A DNA stretch of 64,000 nucleotides from Planctomycetota bacterium (GCA_965228735.1 OZ245838.1:1920001-1984000), one strand, 5' to 3'. Positions 27,990 to 38,722 are shown, numbered from the stretch's first letter. The notes: generated by a model not told the origin, from the sequence alone. Translations and numbers: made by a program.

Positions 27990-29288
27990 TCAGCGATCCG
28001 CATCACGCGACCGCCGATACCCGGCGAGCGTCGTCTCCAGATGCGCATGCAGCGGCGCCCGCCGTGCCTTGTCGATCTGCACGCCGCGCGGCAACCGGCC
28101 GCGGGTCAGCCCCTGATGCAGCCGCCGCAGCACGCGCGCGCGCAGTGGCTCGGGCAGGGCCGCGAACGCCCGCGAGTGCACCATCGGCGAGAGTGGATAC
28201 TCGAACGTGCGGTCCCCGAGGTCGAGCCGGCCGAGGCGCATGCCGTCGGCGCCTGCGGGCCACAGCGACTCGAATGCGCGCGCGAACGTCGGGTCCGACG
28301 CCGCGCCGAGCCCCGCGAGCGTCATCTCACCGCCGAGGAACAGATCCCGCGTGATGTCGTGGGCCAGCGTTTCGAGGATCTCGGCGGTCCGTTCGCGCAG
28401 ACCGGTCGTGCCGTCGACCGCGTTCATCGCCCGATCGTCCGCGAGCAGACAGCGCACCTGCAGGCTGGCGCGGATCATCCGGTTGTGCACCGTCACCTGC
28501 TGTTCGAGCGCGAGCAGCGCGCCGATGTCGCTCGTCGCGGCGAGGTAGTCCGCGGCCTCGAACTCGGAGAACGCCCGCAGGTCGTTCGCCGGCGCGCTAT
28601 CGACGCGCCAACGCCCGTCCTCGTCGCGCGCGGCGATGCCGTTGCCACGGTGCGCGCCGTCGAACCGGCCGGTGACGAGCCAGCCGCCCCACCGGTGTTC
28701 GTGCGGCGTGCGAATCGTCACGCTGTCCTCGCCCGCGCTCGCGATCGGGTTGCCGTCCTCGTCGGGAAACACCGACCGCAACAGCAACCCGGGCTCGTCG
28801 TGCGTTCGTGATCCGGCGTGACAACGCAGACACGAGTCGTTGCGGCGCAGCACGGCCGGCTCGTGCGGGGCCTGCGGCAGTTCGTAGAACACGAGCCCGA
28901 GTCGGGCGTCGCTCGCCGCGATCTCGAGATTGTGCGCCCCCGGCGACCACGCGACGTAGACGTCGGGGCCGAAGTAGAGCGCGCGCGGCGACGCGGGCGA
29001 GATGCGATGGCGTTGCAGGCTGGTCTTGCTGAAGACCAGGACCTGGCTCGACTCCGGCACGGCGAGCTCGCGGAGCAGCGCCCGCAGTCGACCGCTCGCC
29101 CCCGCGGCCTCGAGCTGGACGTCCCCGCTCTCGATCCGGCGGTTGAGCGCGGTGATCGCGTTGTCGTCCGCGGCCCGGCGATAGCCGACGGCGCGGCGCG
29201 TGTGGAAGGCCTGCGTCAGCACCGCGTCCGCCGACACGAGGCAGGCCCCGATCATCAGGGCGAGGAGCCGGTTGGGTGGCGGAGGCAC
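27990..29288 (-). CDS. Secreted protein with one CxxCH heme-c motif
   Basis: Signal peptide, SQVLVFSKTSLQ, CLRCH, RWGGWLVTG. Confidence 0.75.
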   Translation of the reverse strand: MPPPPNRLLALMIGACLVSADAVLTQAFHTRRAVGYRRAADDNAITALNRRIESGDVQLEAAGASGRLRALLRELAVPESSQVLVFSKTSLQRHRISPASPRALYFGPDVYVAWSPGAHNLEIAASDARLGLVFYELPQAPHEPAVLRRNDSCLRCHAGSRTHDEPGLLLRSVFPDEDGNPIASAGEDSVTIRTPHEHRWGGWLVTGRFDGAHRGNGIAARDEDGRWRVDSAPANDLRAFSEFEAADYLAATSDIGALLALEQQVTVHNRMIRASLQVRCLLADDRAMNAVDGTTGLRERTAEILETLAHDITRDLFLGGEMTLAGLGAASDPTFARAFESLWPAGADGMRLGRLDLGDRTFEYPLSPMVHSRAFAALPEPLRARVLRRLHQGLTRGRLPRGVQIDKARRAPLHAHLETTLAGYRRSRDADR

Positions 29289-29342
29289 GATGATTTCAAT
29301 CTACCCGGACCCTGCCGGCGGCGCATCCGGAGCGCGACGGCG

Positions 29343-30371
29343 TCACGCGCCAGCCACGGCCTGGCCGCTCCCGGCCGAGTCCGCCTGATCCGACATGCCG
29401 CCCATGGGGTCGTTCGAGTCCGTTCCCGGGGTGATCTGGCCCGGGGTGATCTGGCCCGGGGTGATCTGGCCCGGGGTGATCTGGCCCGGGGTGATCTGGC
29501 CGAGCGTGATTCGGCTCGCGGCGATCTCCCGGAACGCCGGCAGCAGCTCCGCCAGGCGCTCGGGGTTCGCCGCGACGAACAACCTGGCATAGTGGCGACC
29601 GGCACGTTCCTGGCTCGCGTCGAGCCCGGCGCTTTCGAGCACGTCGACGATGCCGCGCTGCTCCTCCTGGTCGAAGAACCGCCGCTGTGGCAGCAACACG
29701 TCGTCGACCTCACGCGTCACCAGCCCGAAGCGCTGGAGACAGCTCGCGATCGGTGCGGGGTCGAAGACCCGGAGCACCGTGAAGAGGAACACCGCGTCGC
29801 GCGCACCGTCGCCGAGTTGCCGCAGGAGCACGTCGATCGTGCGCTCCGTCACGTAGCCGATCGCACCGGTCGCCAGCAGCAGATTGACGGGCCGGACCCA
29901 CTCGGCATCGTCGGGCGCCAGTGCCGCGCCATCCCCTTCGAGGTCCGCGACGATGCCTCGATCGAGCAACCCGACGCGCTGCGCGAACCGAACGGCCGGG
30001 GTCGAGACATCGAGCCCGATGCACTCCATGTCCACCGCGAGACGGGCCGCAGCCAGGCCGGCGCGCGTCGCCTCGACTGCCGCCTCCGGTTCTCTCGGCC
30101 CGTGAATGGCGAAGTAGCGCGCGAGTTCGGCGAACGACAGACCGTGCCGCACGGCCGCGGAGTTGATGCCGTAGCTGCAGCCGATGTCGAGCATGCGAAC
30201 GCGGGCATCCCAGCGCCGCAGCAGGCCCGCGGCAGCCACAACGAACGGGCGCGCCTCGTCGCAGATGCTGTAGTCGAGCTTCACGAGCTCGCCAAAGTAA
30301 CCGTGTGGCGTGGGCTGCGTGTAGATGTCGTCGAACGAGGCCTTCGCGTCGTTGGCGGGATCGGTGTTCAT
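29343..30371 (-). CDS. Class I SAM-dependent methyltransferase
   Basis: MLDIGCSYGIN motif I; KASFDDIY.QP.P..YF N-terminus; (ITPGQ)n tail. Confidence 0.85.
   Translation of the reverse strand: MNTDPANDAKASFDDIYTQPTPHGYFGELVKLDYSICDEARPFVVAAAGLLRRWDARVRMLDIGCSYGINSAAVRHGLSFAELARYFAIHGPREPEAAVEATRAGLAAARLAVDMECIGLDVSTPAVRFAQRVGLLDRGIVADLEGDGAALAPDDAEWVRPVNLLLATGAIGYVTERTIDVLLRQLGDGARDAVFLFTVLRVFDPAPIASCLQRFGLVTREVDDVLLPQRRFFDQEEQRGIVDVLESAGLDASQERAGRHYARLFVAANPERLAELLPAFREIAASRITLGQITPGQITPGQITPGQITPGQITPGTDSNDPMGGMSDQADSAGSGQAVAGA
29425..29499. repeat. 15-bp tandem repeat CCCGGGGTGATCTGG x5 (encodes QITPG repeats)
   Basis: Five perfect copies plus a degenerate sixth, read directly. Confidence 0.95.
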
Positions 30372-30724
30372 CGGGTCGCGCAAGGGTCGGAGGAACGAAC
30401 TCTGGAGAGCGGCGAACTAGAGAACGCCATCGTGACGCAACACGCCGAGCAGTGCCGACGGACATCGCCAACCGCAACGCTCACGCATCGCGGCGACCGG
30501 CCGACGCGCTCGCGCGCCGGCATTCTCGTCGTCAGCCGCAACGCCTCGCAGCTCCACCCCGAAACTCGCCCTGGGCGATCGGGGAAGCCGCACGTCGCGC
30601 GAAAAAGTCTCTCGGCTCCCAGCATCGCACATGACATCCGCATTGCAAGAACTGCTCGTTCCCGTCGCGCCGTGGTAACGTCGAGCTCATCGGCACGCAG
30701 ATCGTGGCGCGTCGATTCGCGCTC

Positions 30725-32056
30725 ATGATCGCAACGCCCGAATCGACCAGTTCGACAGCGACCGGCACGCAGACCATCGACTCACCGACTGCCCCGGCAG
30801 TGGCGCGACCGCGCTTCGCGGCCATCGCAACGACGAGCGCAATCGCGGCAGCCGTCACGTTCATCGCGCTGTGGCTCACGCTGCGCAAAGGCCTCGCGGT
30901 CGGCCCCGATGCGTGGACCTACTGGGGTGCGTCGATCGCACTGCTCCAAGGCGAAGGCTACGTGAACGCGCACGGCCTGCCCGTGCAGAGCTGGCCGCCG
31001 CTCTACGCGACCTGGCTCGCGGCAGTGCAGTCGGTCTTCGGCGTGTCGATCGCGAGCGTGCGGCTCGCGGACTGCATCACGACGGCGGTCGCGGCGGCGG
31101 CGTTCACGGCCTGGGCCCTGCGCCGCGGCGCGAGTGCGACGAGCCGGCGCTGGCCGGTCGCCGTGTTCGTGGCCGCGCTCCTCGTGCTGCAGGTCCGCGG
31201 GCTCTCGCCGAACGCGCTCGTCCTCGCGCTGCTCGGCATGCTGCTGCTGGCCCTCGACCGTCTCGGCGCGGTTCGGCGCGTCGGCCCGCGACTGCTGCTG
31301 ACCACCCTCGCGAGCCTGCTCGCGGCCGGCATGTGCCTCAGCCATCACATCGCGCTCGCGCTCGTCTTGTCCGTGCCGCTGATCGTGCTCCATCCTCGTC
31401 GCCGCGCCCCCCTCCCGACGCGCCTCGTCACCGCGGCCGTCATCGTCGGTATCGCGCTCGCGACGTGGTGGAGCGTGCGGATCGCGCTCGGACAGAGCGA
31501 CAGCCATGGCTTCCTCAACAGCAACCGCGAGCTGTTCGACACGCTGTGGTACGCCACGCGCCAGGTCGGTCGACTGCTCGCGCCGTTCCCGATCGGGATC
31601 ATCACGTTCGCCCTGCTGCTCGGTGCACTCGCCCGGCGAACGCGCCAGCCCGATGCCGTGCTGTTCACCGGCTGCGCGCTCTGCGGTGTGCTCGGCATGT
31701 TCCTGCTCGTCCACGTCGCCGACCCGCCGGGCGCCCGCTTCATCGGCTTTGCCCCGCTCGTCGTCGGCGCCTTCGGAGTCGCGCTCGCGACCCGCATCGA
31801 GTCCCCCAAGCGCCGCTGGCTCGTGCTCGCCCTGCTCGTGCTGCCGCCGAGCGTTCGCGGCGCCCTGCACTTGCACGGCCGCGAGCAACCGACGAACGTC
31901 ACCCCGGACGGCGGCGTCGTCTTCGTGCCGCCGGAAGCAGCGCTCGACTGGCAGCGCCCCGCCGGCACCGAGCTCCCGGATGACCGCATCACGGTGACCG
32001 CGCCGCTGTTCACCTGGGAACGCGAACGCCTCGATCGCGGCGAAGGCCGCCGGTGA
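30725..32056 (+). CDS. Polytopic membrane protein, GT-C (ArnT/PMT-like) glycosyltransferase-like
   Basis: TM1 followed by GPDAWTY..., WPPLY motif, about 10 TM segments. Confidence 0.65.
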   Translation: MIATPESTSSTATGTQTIDSPTAPAVARPRFAAIATTSAIAAAVTFIALWLTLRKGLAVGPDAWTYWGASIALLQGEGYVNAHGLPVQSWPPLYATWLAAVQSVFGVSIASVRLADCITTAVAAAAFTAWALRRGASATSRRWPVAVFVAALLVLQVRGLSPNALVLALLGMLLLALDRLGAVRRVGPRLLLTTLASLLAAGMCLSHHIALALVLSVPLIVLHPRRRAPLPTRLVTAAVIVGIALATWWSVRIALGQSDSHGFLNSNRELFDTLWYATRQVGRLLAPFPIGIITFALLLGALARRTRQPDAVLFTGCALCGVLGMFLLVHVADPPGARFIGFAPLVVGAFGVALATRIESPKRRWLVLALLVLPPSVRGALHLHGREQPTNVTPDGGVVFVPPEAALDWQRPAGTELPDDRITVTAPLFTWERERLDRGEGRR

Positions 32057-32094
32057 GCCAGGCAGGCGCAGGCCGTGCGGACTACAATCACGGC

Positions 32095-33885
32095 ATGCGG
32101 CTCCTGACCCCTCTGGCTGCGCTTCTGCTCGGGATCGTCACCGCCATCGCGCCAGCACTCGGGCAGCGCGCGCCGTGCACGGGCACCGTGACGGTGCCGG
32201 GCGGCGAACCGCTGACCGGCGCGGTCGTCACGTTCTGCCAGGACCCGGCGCAGCGGCTCGGGAACGAACCCGATCGGGTCGAGGTGCGAACCGACGAGAA
32301 CGGACGCTACGAGGCGATGCTCCGTCCCGGCTCGAGCTACGCCGGTTGGGCGATCGGGCCGGCCGTGAAGAACGGTCAACGCTGGGTGACGGGGCTCTTG
32401 CTCGCGGGCGCCGCGGGGCGCCCGTTCGATCTCGTCGCGGAGCGGCAGGCGCGACCGCACGAGGTCGAGCTCTGCGGCGTCGATCGCTGGCGCACGTTCT
32501 CGCCGCCCGCGGTTCGCGTCCTGCTCGGCGGTCAGTTCCGCTGCGGCCACGATCTGCCCGTGAACGGCGATGGCAAGGTGGTGCTCGGGCCGTGGCCCGG
32601 TCACGACGCGGTGCTCGCGCTCGTCGACGACAAGCGGCAGCCGATGTGCGAGAGCCAACGGCTGCACGCCGGCGTCCTGCGCGCCCACTTCCCGTTCGCG
32701 CACGACGTCGAGCTGATCGCGACGGATCTCGACGGCACGCCGATCGCAGGGGCCGAGGTCCACGTGCGGGACGATCAACGCAGCGAGTTCACGCGCACGT
32801 GGGCCGGCCAGCGGCGCGCGACCGCACCCGTCCCGGCACCGCTGTGGCAGGAATGGCGCTACGTCGGGCGCACCGACGCGGAGGGCTCCTGCCGCCTGTC
32901 GATCCCGCTCGCGACGCGCAAGGCGGATCGGAACGTCGCCCTGCTGGTGTCGGCGGCTGGCCATGCGCACGGCATGGCGGGCCTGAGCAACGGCGAGCCG
33001 ACGACCGGATCGGACCGGGTGGACGGCGGGCTGCGCTTCGTCGTCGAACTGCCGCCAGCCGACCCGCGCGACCTGCTCGTCATCGGCGCCGATCCCGGGC
33101 TCGAGGTGGAAGTCTCCACGTCGGTTCGGCTCGTCGGCAGAGCCGCCGCCTCGGCCTGGCAGCACGAGTATTGGCAGCAACCGCGGAACCTGGGCAGCGC
33201 GACCCCCGCCGTCGGTCCGCAGGACAGCATCTCGCACTGCCGAGTCCGGGCCCGGCGCTCCGAGGGCGACGCTGCACCGCCGCGGATCTGCGTCGGCACG
33301 GAGTGGCGCAGCGACCAGGACATCGAGTTCGACCTCGGCAAGCTCGTGCGCCGCACGCTCGTACTGCAGGACGAGAACCAGAACAACGTCCCGTTCGCGC
33401 ATGTCTGCATCGCGCTGCGACCCGATCCACCGGCCCGGTTCTTCGCCGTTCACGATCGCTGCATCGCGGACGCGAACGGCCGCATCGAGCTCTGGAGCAC
33501 CGACGCGGTCTGGGACGTCGTCGCCGTCGCAGGCCACCGCTGGTGCTGGTATCGCATCCCCATCGGCGACCGGCGCGCCGAGCACACGCTGCAGCTCGCA
33601 GCCGCGCCGACCGCGAACCTGCTGATCGTCGACGTCGACGGCCTGGCCGTTCCCGGCGCCCGGTTCGACGCGCAGCTCCGCACGCGGGGCCGGCCCGAGG
33701 ACCTTCTCGTGCGCGAGACCGCGATCTCCTGGCTGCGGCACGCCGCGAGCGGACGTGACGGCTCGCTCACCGTCCCGCTCCTCGGCGCGGAGCTGCGCGA
33801 GGTGCGCATCGCGCGCGGCGGGCTGCGGTCCTGGCGCACGAACATCGGACCGAACACGCAGCAGACCGAACTGATCCTGCACTGA
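32095..33885 (+). CDS. Secreted protein with carboxypeptidase-regulatory-like (CarboxypepD_reg) domains
   Basis: Signal peptide; repeats G.P..GA.V ... TD..G. Confidence 0.7.
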   Translation: MRLLTPLAALLLGIVTAIAPALGQRAPCTGTVTVPGGEPLTGAVVTFCQDPAQRLGNEPDRVEVRTDENGRYEAMLRPGSSYAGWAIGPAVKNGQRWVTGLLLAGAAGRPFDLVAERQARPHEVELCGVDRWRTFSPPAVRVLLGGQFRCGHDLPVNGDGKVVLGPWPGHDAVLALVDDKRQPMCESQRLHAGVLRAHFPFAHDVELIATDLDGTPIAGAEVHVRDDQRSEFTRTWAGQRRATAPVPAPLWQEWRYVGRTDAEGSCRLSIPLATRKADRNVALLVSAAGHAHGMAGLSNGEPTTGSDRVDGGLRFVVELPPADPRDLLVIGADPGLEVEVSTSVRLVGRAAASAWQHEYWQQPRNLGSATPAVGPQDSISHCRVRARRSEGDAAPPRICVGTEWRSDQDIEFDLGKLVRRTLVLQDENQNNVPFAHVCIALRPDPPARFFAVHDRCIADANGRIELWSTDAVWDVVAVAGHRWCWYRIPIGDRRAEHTLQLAAAPTANLLIVDVDGLAVPGARFDAQLRTRGRPEDLLVRETAISWLRHAASGRDGSLTVPLLGAELREVRIARGGLRSWRTNIGPNTQQTELILH

Positions 33886-33933
33886 CTTGGCCTCGCCCTG
33901 CCCTGGGCGGTTCGCCGTCGCTACAGTGCCGCG

Positions 33934-35175
33934 ATGCCGAGTCGCCGCACGTTCCTCACCGCGTCCGCTGCCGGAGCAGCGGGCAGCCTGCTCGCGGCGT
34001 GCCGCGCGACCGCGAACGAGATCGACGACCTGCCGCGCGGGCGACCACGGCGCAGCGACTACACGCTCGATCCGGCGATCGCCTACCTCAACCACGGGGC
34101 GATCGGCACGACCCCGGCCGTCGTCCAACGCGCGCGGCAGCATTACCTCGATCTCTGCGAGACCAACCCGGCGCACTACATGTGGAACGAGCCGTGGCAG
34201 GAGCCGCGCGAAGAGGTGCGCCGGGATCTCGCGGCGCTGATCGGCTGCGGCAGCGACGAGCTCGCGATCACGCACAACACGACCGAAGGGTTCAACGTGC
34301 TCGCGCAGGGGCTGCCGCTCGCGAAGGGCGACGAGGTGTTGTTCAGTTCGTGGAACCACGCGGGCGCGTCGATCTGCTTCGACCACGGCGCCCGGCGGCG
34401 TGGCTACGTCGTGCGGCGGCTCGAGCTCGACCTCGAGTTGGGCAAGACACTCACCCCCGAGGACTGCATCGAGCGGCACGTCGCGGCCTGCACCGACCGG
34501 ACGCGCCTCGTCGTGCTGCCGCACATCGACAACCTCGTCGGCTACCGCACCCCGGTCCGCGAACTGACGCGGGCGCTGCGCGACCGCGGCGTCGAGTTCG
34601 TCGCGGCCGACGGCGCCCAGGCCGTCGGCATGATCCCCGTCGACATCGGCGAGCTCGGCGTCGACTTCTACGCGGGCAGTCCGCACAAGTGGCTGCAGAC
34701 GCCGAAGGGGCTCGGGCTGCTCTACGTGCGGCGGGATCTGCAGAACACGCTCGAACCGATGTGGCGCACCTGGGGCCAGCAACGCTGGGCCGGCAGCGCA
34801 CGCGTGTTCGAGGACTACGGCACCCGCAACCTCCCCGAGGTGCTCGCGCTCGGCGACGCGGTGCGGTTCCACCGGCGCACCGACGACATGACGCGCGCGA
34901 ACGCGCTGCGCGCCCTGCGAGAACTCGCGCAGGAGCTCGCCGCGGCCCACCCGCGGACCGAGTTCGGCTCGCCGACCTCGTTCGAACGCGGCAGCTCGCT
35001 GTTCGCGGTCCGGGTCCGAGACACCACGACGCAGGAGCTCGGCGAACGCTTCGCGGCCGCGGGCATCGTCGTGCGGCTCTTCCCGGCGAACGCCGACGTG
35101 CGCGTCCGCGTCTCGCCCAACCTGCTCAACGATGAGCAGGATCTGCGCCGGTTCTTCGCGGCGCTGCCGGCCTGA
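33934..35175 (+). CDS. Tat-exported class V PLP aminotransferase (isopenicillin-N-epimerase/cysteine-desulfurase-like)
   Basis: SRRTFL signal, YLNHG, NTTEG, DGAQ, SPHKWL (PLP lysine). Confidence 0.9.
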   Translation: MPSRRTFLTASAAGAAGSLLAACRATANEIDDLPRGRPRRSDYTLDPAIAYLNHGAIGTTPAVVQRARQHYLDLCETNPAHYMWNEPWQEPREEVRRDLAALIGCGSDELAITHNTTEGFNVLAQGLPLAKGDEVLFSSWNHAGASICFDHGARRRGYVVRRLELDLELGKTLTPEDCIERHVAACTDRTRLVVLPHIDNLVGYRTPVRELTRALRDRGVEFVAADGAQAVGMIPVDIGELGVDFYAGSPHKWLQTPKGLGLLYVRRDLQNTLEPMWRTWGQQRWAGSARVFEDYGTRNLPEVLALGDAVRFHRRTDDMTRANALRALRELAQELAAAHPRTEFGSPTSFERGSSLFAVRVRDTTTQELGERFAAAGIVVRLFPANADVRVRVSPNLLNDEQDLRRFFAALPA

Positions 35176-35198
35176 GACTCGGCAGCGACGGATGGCGA

Positions 35199-36305
35199 TC
35201 AGTTGCCGATCAGGCCTTCTTCACCGTTCGACAACGCGAACCCCGCGGCGTTGCCCGCCGTGAACGCGATGCTCTGCACCGTGAGCCGCACGCCGACGAA
35301 GGCCGGCCCGGCCGGGATGTTCACCGGCACGACGGTCGTGCCGTTGACCGCTGGCGCCACGGCCTGGTTGAGGATCGACCCGAGCGGGATGTTGATGTCG
35401 CATCCCGGCGCCGGGTAGTTGAGCGTCGTCACCGGCAGCGGCGGGTCCTGCCGGCCGAGCGCGAAGTAGGTCACGGCGAGCGGCGAGCTCGCGTCGACTC
35501 CGGTCGTCGTGAGCTCCCACGTGTTGCCGACGAGCGGCGGCATCGTGCTCGCGAGCGTCAGCCCATCACAGCCGGCGCCGAACGACTCGGTCGAGGCGCA
35601 CCCCGTGCCGCCCGGCGTGTGGATCACCGTCCACCCCGCCGGCGACGGCTGCATGAGGATCGAATCGTTCCCCATGTCGAACGACTCCGCCGTCGTGAAC
35701 TCCTCGAACGTCGTGAGATCGGTCGTGACCGGGCTCGTCGAGAAGTCGACGCTGGCCGGCAGCGCGGCGGGCGTTCCGGGCGAGACCCCGATGACGCCGG
35801 TCTGCGACGTCTGGTACGTGGAGTTGTTCGTCACGTTCGGCCCGTAGACGAACTCGATGTTGCCCGAGTCGAACAGCTTGAGCTGGAACGCCATCTGGTT
35901 GTTCGGGATCCCGAAGCTCTCGACGTCGACCCACGTGACGGTGCAGACCGTGCCCTGCGCATCGATATAGACGTCACCGATGATCGTGAGGCCCGGGATC
36001 GTGTCGCTCCAGAACGGGCAGATGACCGGACCGTTCTGGACGAGGCTCGCCGCCGCCGGCGTGAACACGAGCGGCGACGCCGCCGGCAACGCGGGCTGGC
36101 CGTTGTCCGTGAGGAAGCAGATGCCGTGATCGGAGACGTGGATCTCGTTGTACGTCGCGCCGGCGAACGGGAAGTTGAAGCCGATCGGGTGGGGACCGTT
36201 GATCGAGTCCTGCACGATGGCGATCGGTGCACCGGGCGGCGTGATGCACTGCGCGCACACGACGGACGAGAGGAACAGAGCAGCCAGGATCGGCGACGTA
36301 CGCAT
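35199..36305 (-). CDS. Secreted protein (nidogen-like N-part) with shared two-Cys C-terminal domain
   Basis: IGFNFPFAG..Y...VSDHG, ICPFWSD, FQLKL...GNIEFVY; C-terminal FGAGC...PGC...IP...G....Q...SNG...IGN. Confidence 0.8.
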   Translation of the reverse strand: MRTSPILAALFLSSVVCAQCITPPGAPIAIVQDSINGPHPIGFNFPFAGATYNEIHVSDHGICFLTDNGQPALPAASPLVFTPAAASLVQNGPVICPFWSDTIPGLTIIGDVYIDAQGTVCTVTWVDVESFGIPNNQMAFQLKLFDSGNIEFVYGPNVTNNSTYQTSQTGVIGVSPGTPAALPASVDFSTSPVTTDLTTFEEFTTAESFDMGNDSILMQPSPAGWTVIHTPGGTGCASTESFGAGCDGLTLASTMPPLVGNTWELTTTGVDASSPLAVTYFALGRQDPPLPVTTLNYPAPGCDINIPLGSILNQAVAPAVNGTTVVPVNIPAGPAFVGVRLTVQSIAFTAGNAAGFALSNGEEGLIGN

Positions 36306-36467
36306 GGGAGTGATTCGCGAGGGGCAGGGCGGTGCGCCCTTGGAGCGGCGAGCAGTGTAGCTCGCGTCATGGGACCGTGTTAGGCCCCCCGTTCACGCCC
36401 GGCAGTCGACTCGGCGCCCGTTCTACCCGACCGCAACCGCGTTGGCCGCGAGCGCGGCGGCGGGGAT

Positions 36468-37967
36468 TCAGCCGCGCCGATGCCGCTGCCAGTCCGCGAC
36501 GACCGCGTGGTCCGCGCCGCCGCGGCGCCGCAGGAACGTCATGCTCGCGGCCGCAAGGGCCGGACGGCACGCGGGATGTGCCGCCGTGAGTTCCTCGAGC
36601 GCGGCGATCGTGACCTTGTAGTCGTGATCGTGCACGGCCTTCCGCGCGAGCAGGCCGATTGCGCGTTGACGAAACACGCGCGGATCGGCGATCGCCGAAC
36701 CCGCGAGTTCGCGCGCTCCGGCTTCGCTCGAAGCGGCAAACGGGTCGCCCGTCCGACCCGCTGGCGCGCGGGCGACGCGCAGGTCACGCGGTCCACGCGC
36801 CAACAAGAAGTCGCGGAACAGCACCATCCAATCCGCGGCCTGCAGCAGACACAGCCGACGCGTCGACTCGTCGTTGGTGATGCGACAGCCGCGCCACAAC
36901 GCGTTCACGGACGTGACCGGATGCATGCCGGCAATGTCGTCGTGGCGCATCGCGAGCTCGAACGCGGTGAGTCGGATGCCGTCCCACACCGCACGCTCGC
37001 CGACGCCCCGCTGCAGGTGCAGGACGACGGCCGGGGCGGCATCGGCGAGCGTCGCGTCGCGCAGTTGTTCGAGCAGGCGGAAGCTCTTGTCGGGATCGTC
37101 GGAACCGCGCTGCCAGCCCGCGGGGATCCCGGCGATGCGCTCGCGGTTCTGCTCGAATCCCGCGAGGATGCGCCGGCTCTCGTCGTCGGCGAACCGGCCG
37201 TAGGGATTCTGATCGAGCACGCCGCGCACGAGCGAACGCGCGCCGGCCTGACCGAGCCGCCAGCCGAGATCCTCGAGCGCGCGGAACGTCTGCACCGCGA
37301 AGATCATCTTGTGGCCGATGATCCGGAAGTCGCGCACGGCCCACGGCCACAGCAGCTCGAAGAACTCGCGCATCGAGAGCTCGCCGTGGAGCATCGTCGC
37401 GGCGCGGTCACCGGCGGGCTCGTCCCACTTCTGCATGGCGCCTTCGAACGCGGCGATGTGCTCCGCGCGCGTGCCGCCGTCCTGGGCCGGCGGCGGCGGC
37501 ATCACCCAATCACCGCCATCGCCGCTCTCGTCCCGCCGCACGCTGCGCTTCACCCGCTGCAGATGGAAGAGCACGGGCAACGCGCGTTCCGCAGCGGGCA
37601 GCTCGGCCACGGCGACCGCGGCGGACGCCACCATCATCAACGCGTGCACCTGGCCGCCGATCGGACTCGGGTCGATCTCGCGCAGACCGGCGAGGTAGGC
37701 CGCGGACAGGATGTCGCGCTCGGTCCAGTCACCGTCGAGCCAGCCGAGCGCCTTGCTGCTGAGTTCGTCCGCGTCGGTCGCGAGGATCTCGTCGGCGAGC
37801 CGATCGAGCTCGCCGGCAACCTCCGATCGTTCGAGATCCCGATCCGGACCGACTCCTTCGAGCGCTTCGAGGCGGGCGAGCGCGCGCGCCCGCGCCGCGG
37901 TCTCCGAGCTGCACGCAGCTGCGGCACCACCGGCGACGACACCGCGCAGGAAGCTGCGTCGTTGCAT
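36468..37967 (-). CDS. Tat-signal helical hypothetical protein
   Basis: MQRRSFLRG signal; His motifs VHALM, GHKMIF, MHPVTSVNAL, HDYK. Confidence 0.75.
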   Translation of the reverse strand: MQRRSFLRGVVAGGAAAACSSETAARARALARLEALEGVGPDRDLERSEVAGELDRLADEILATDADELSSKALGWLDGDWTERDILSAAYLAGLREIDPSPIGGQVHALMMVASAAVAVAELPAAERALPVLFHLQRVKRSVRRDESGDGGDWVMPPPPAQDGGTRAEHIAAFEGAMQKWDEPAGDRAATMLHGELSMREFFELLWPWAVRDFRIIGHKMIFAVQTFRALEDLGWRLGQAGARSLVRGVLDQNPYGRFADDESRRILAGFEQNRERIAGIPAGWQRGSDDPDKSFRLLEQLRDATLADAAPAVVLHLQRGVGERAVWDGIRLTAFELAMRHDDIAGMHPVTSVNALWRGCRITNDESTRRLCLLQAADWMVLFRDFLLARGPRDLRVARAPAGRTGDPFAASSEAGARELAGSAIADPRVFRQRAIGLLARKAVHDHDYKVTIAALEELTAAHPACRPALAAASMTFLRRRGGADHAVVADWQRHRRG

Positions 37968-38121
37968 GGTGCCGATTCTACTGCGACCTCGAGGGGAACG
38001 TTCCGCGGCCGGGCAGAAGACCCGATCAGGCGAGCGCCGTGAGCACAGCCGGCATGAACTCGGGGCGATCGTCCGGCTTGCGCGAGTTCGGCATCGTGAG
38101 GACTGCACGTGGATCGCCGCG

Positions 38122-38619
38122 TCAGCGATGGCGCATCTGCAGCTTGTCGGCCTTCTCGCGCAGGTGCTGCCGCTTGTCGTGCGTCTTCCGCCCGCGACCG
38201 ACGCCGACCGTGACCTTGGCGTAGCCCTTGCTGCCAAAGTAGACGCGCAACGGCACGAGAGTCATGCCTTTGATCAGCGCCTTGGTGCGCAGCTTCTCGA
38301 GCTCGCTCTTGTGCAGCAGACACTTCCGCCGGCGCGTCGGCTCGTGGTTCTGCACGTTGCCGTGGCTGTACTCGGGGATGTTCGCGCCGATGAGCCAGAG
38401 CTCCTCGCCATCGAAGCGGGCGTAGGCCTCCTCGAGGCTGACCTTGCCGGCGCGCAGACTCTTGACCTCGGTCCCGCGCAGCACGAGGCCGCACTCGTAG
38501 CGCTCGGTGATCTCGTAGTGGAACCGCGCCTTGCGGTTCTCGCCGACGAGGATCTCCTTGCCGCCAGCGGCCCCCGCCGCCGTCGCCTGCTTGCTCTTGT
38601 TCTTGCCGCCCTTGGCCAT
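38122..38619 (-). CDS. smpB: SsrA-binding protein
   Basis: NRKARFHY, GLVLRGTEVKSLR, NHEPTR.RK.LLHK, GRKTHDKR. Confidence 0.97.
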   Translation of the reverse strand: MAKGGKNKSKQATAAGAAGGKEILVGENRKARFHYEITERYECGLVLRGTEVKSLRAGKVSLEEAYARFDGEELWLIGANIPEYSHGNVQNHEPTRRRKCLLHKSELEKLRTKALIKGMTLVPLRVYFGSKGYAKVTVGVGRGRKTHDKRQHLREKADKLQMRHR

Positions 38620-38722
38620 GCTCCGTGGAACCTCGTGGGGGAAAGCTCGGACAACCGCCGGCCTTTGGCAAGGATCCCCTTGCATCGCCTGAGGCCGTGG
38701 TTACTTTCCTCAGCCCTCACCT

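Noticed and set aside
31345..34950. 1201-aa minus-strand ORF and similar long ORFs (15153-17768 +, 49629-51857 +, 41845-43770 +, 21702-23555 +)
   Set aside because: Antisense shadows of well-supported genes in high-GC DNA; Arg/Ala/Pro-rich with no motifs.
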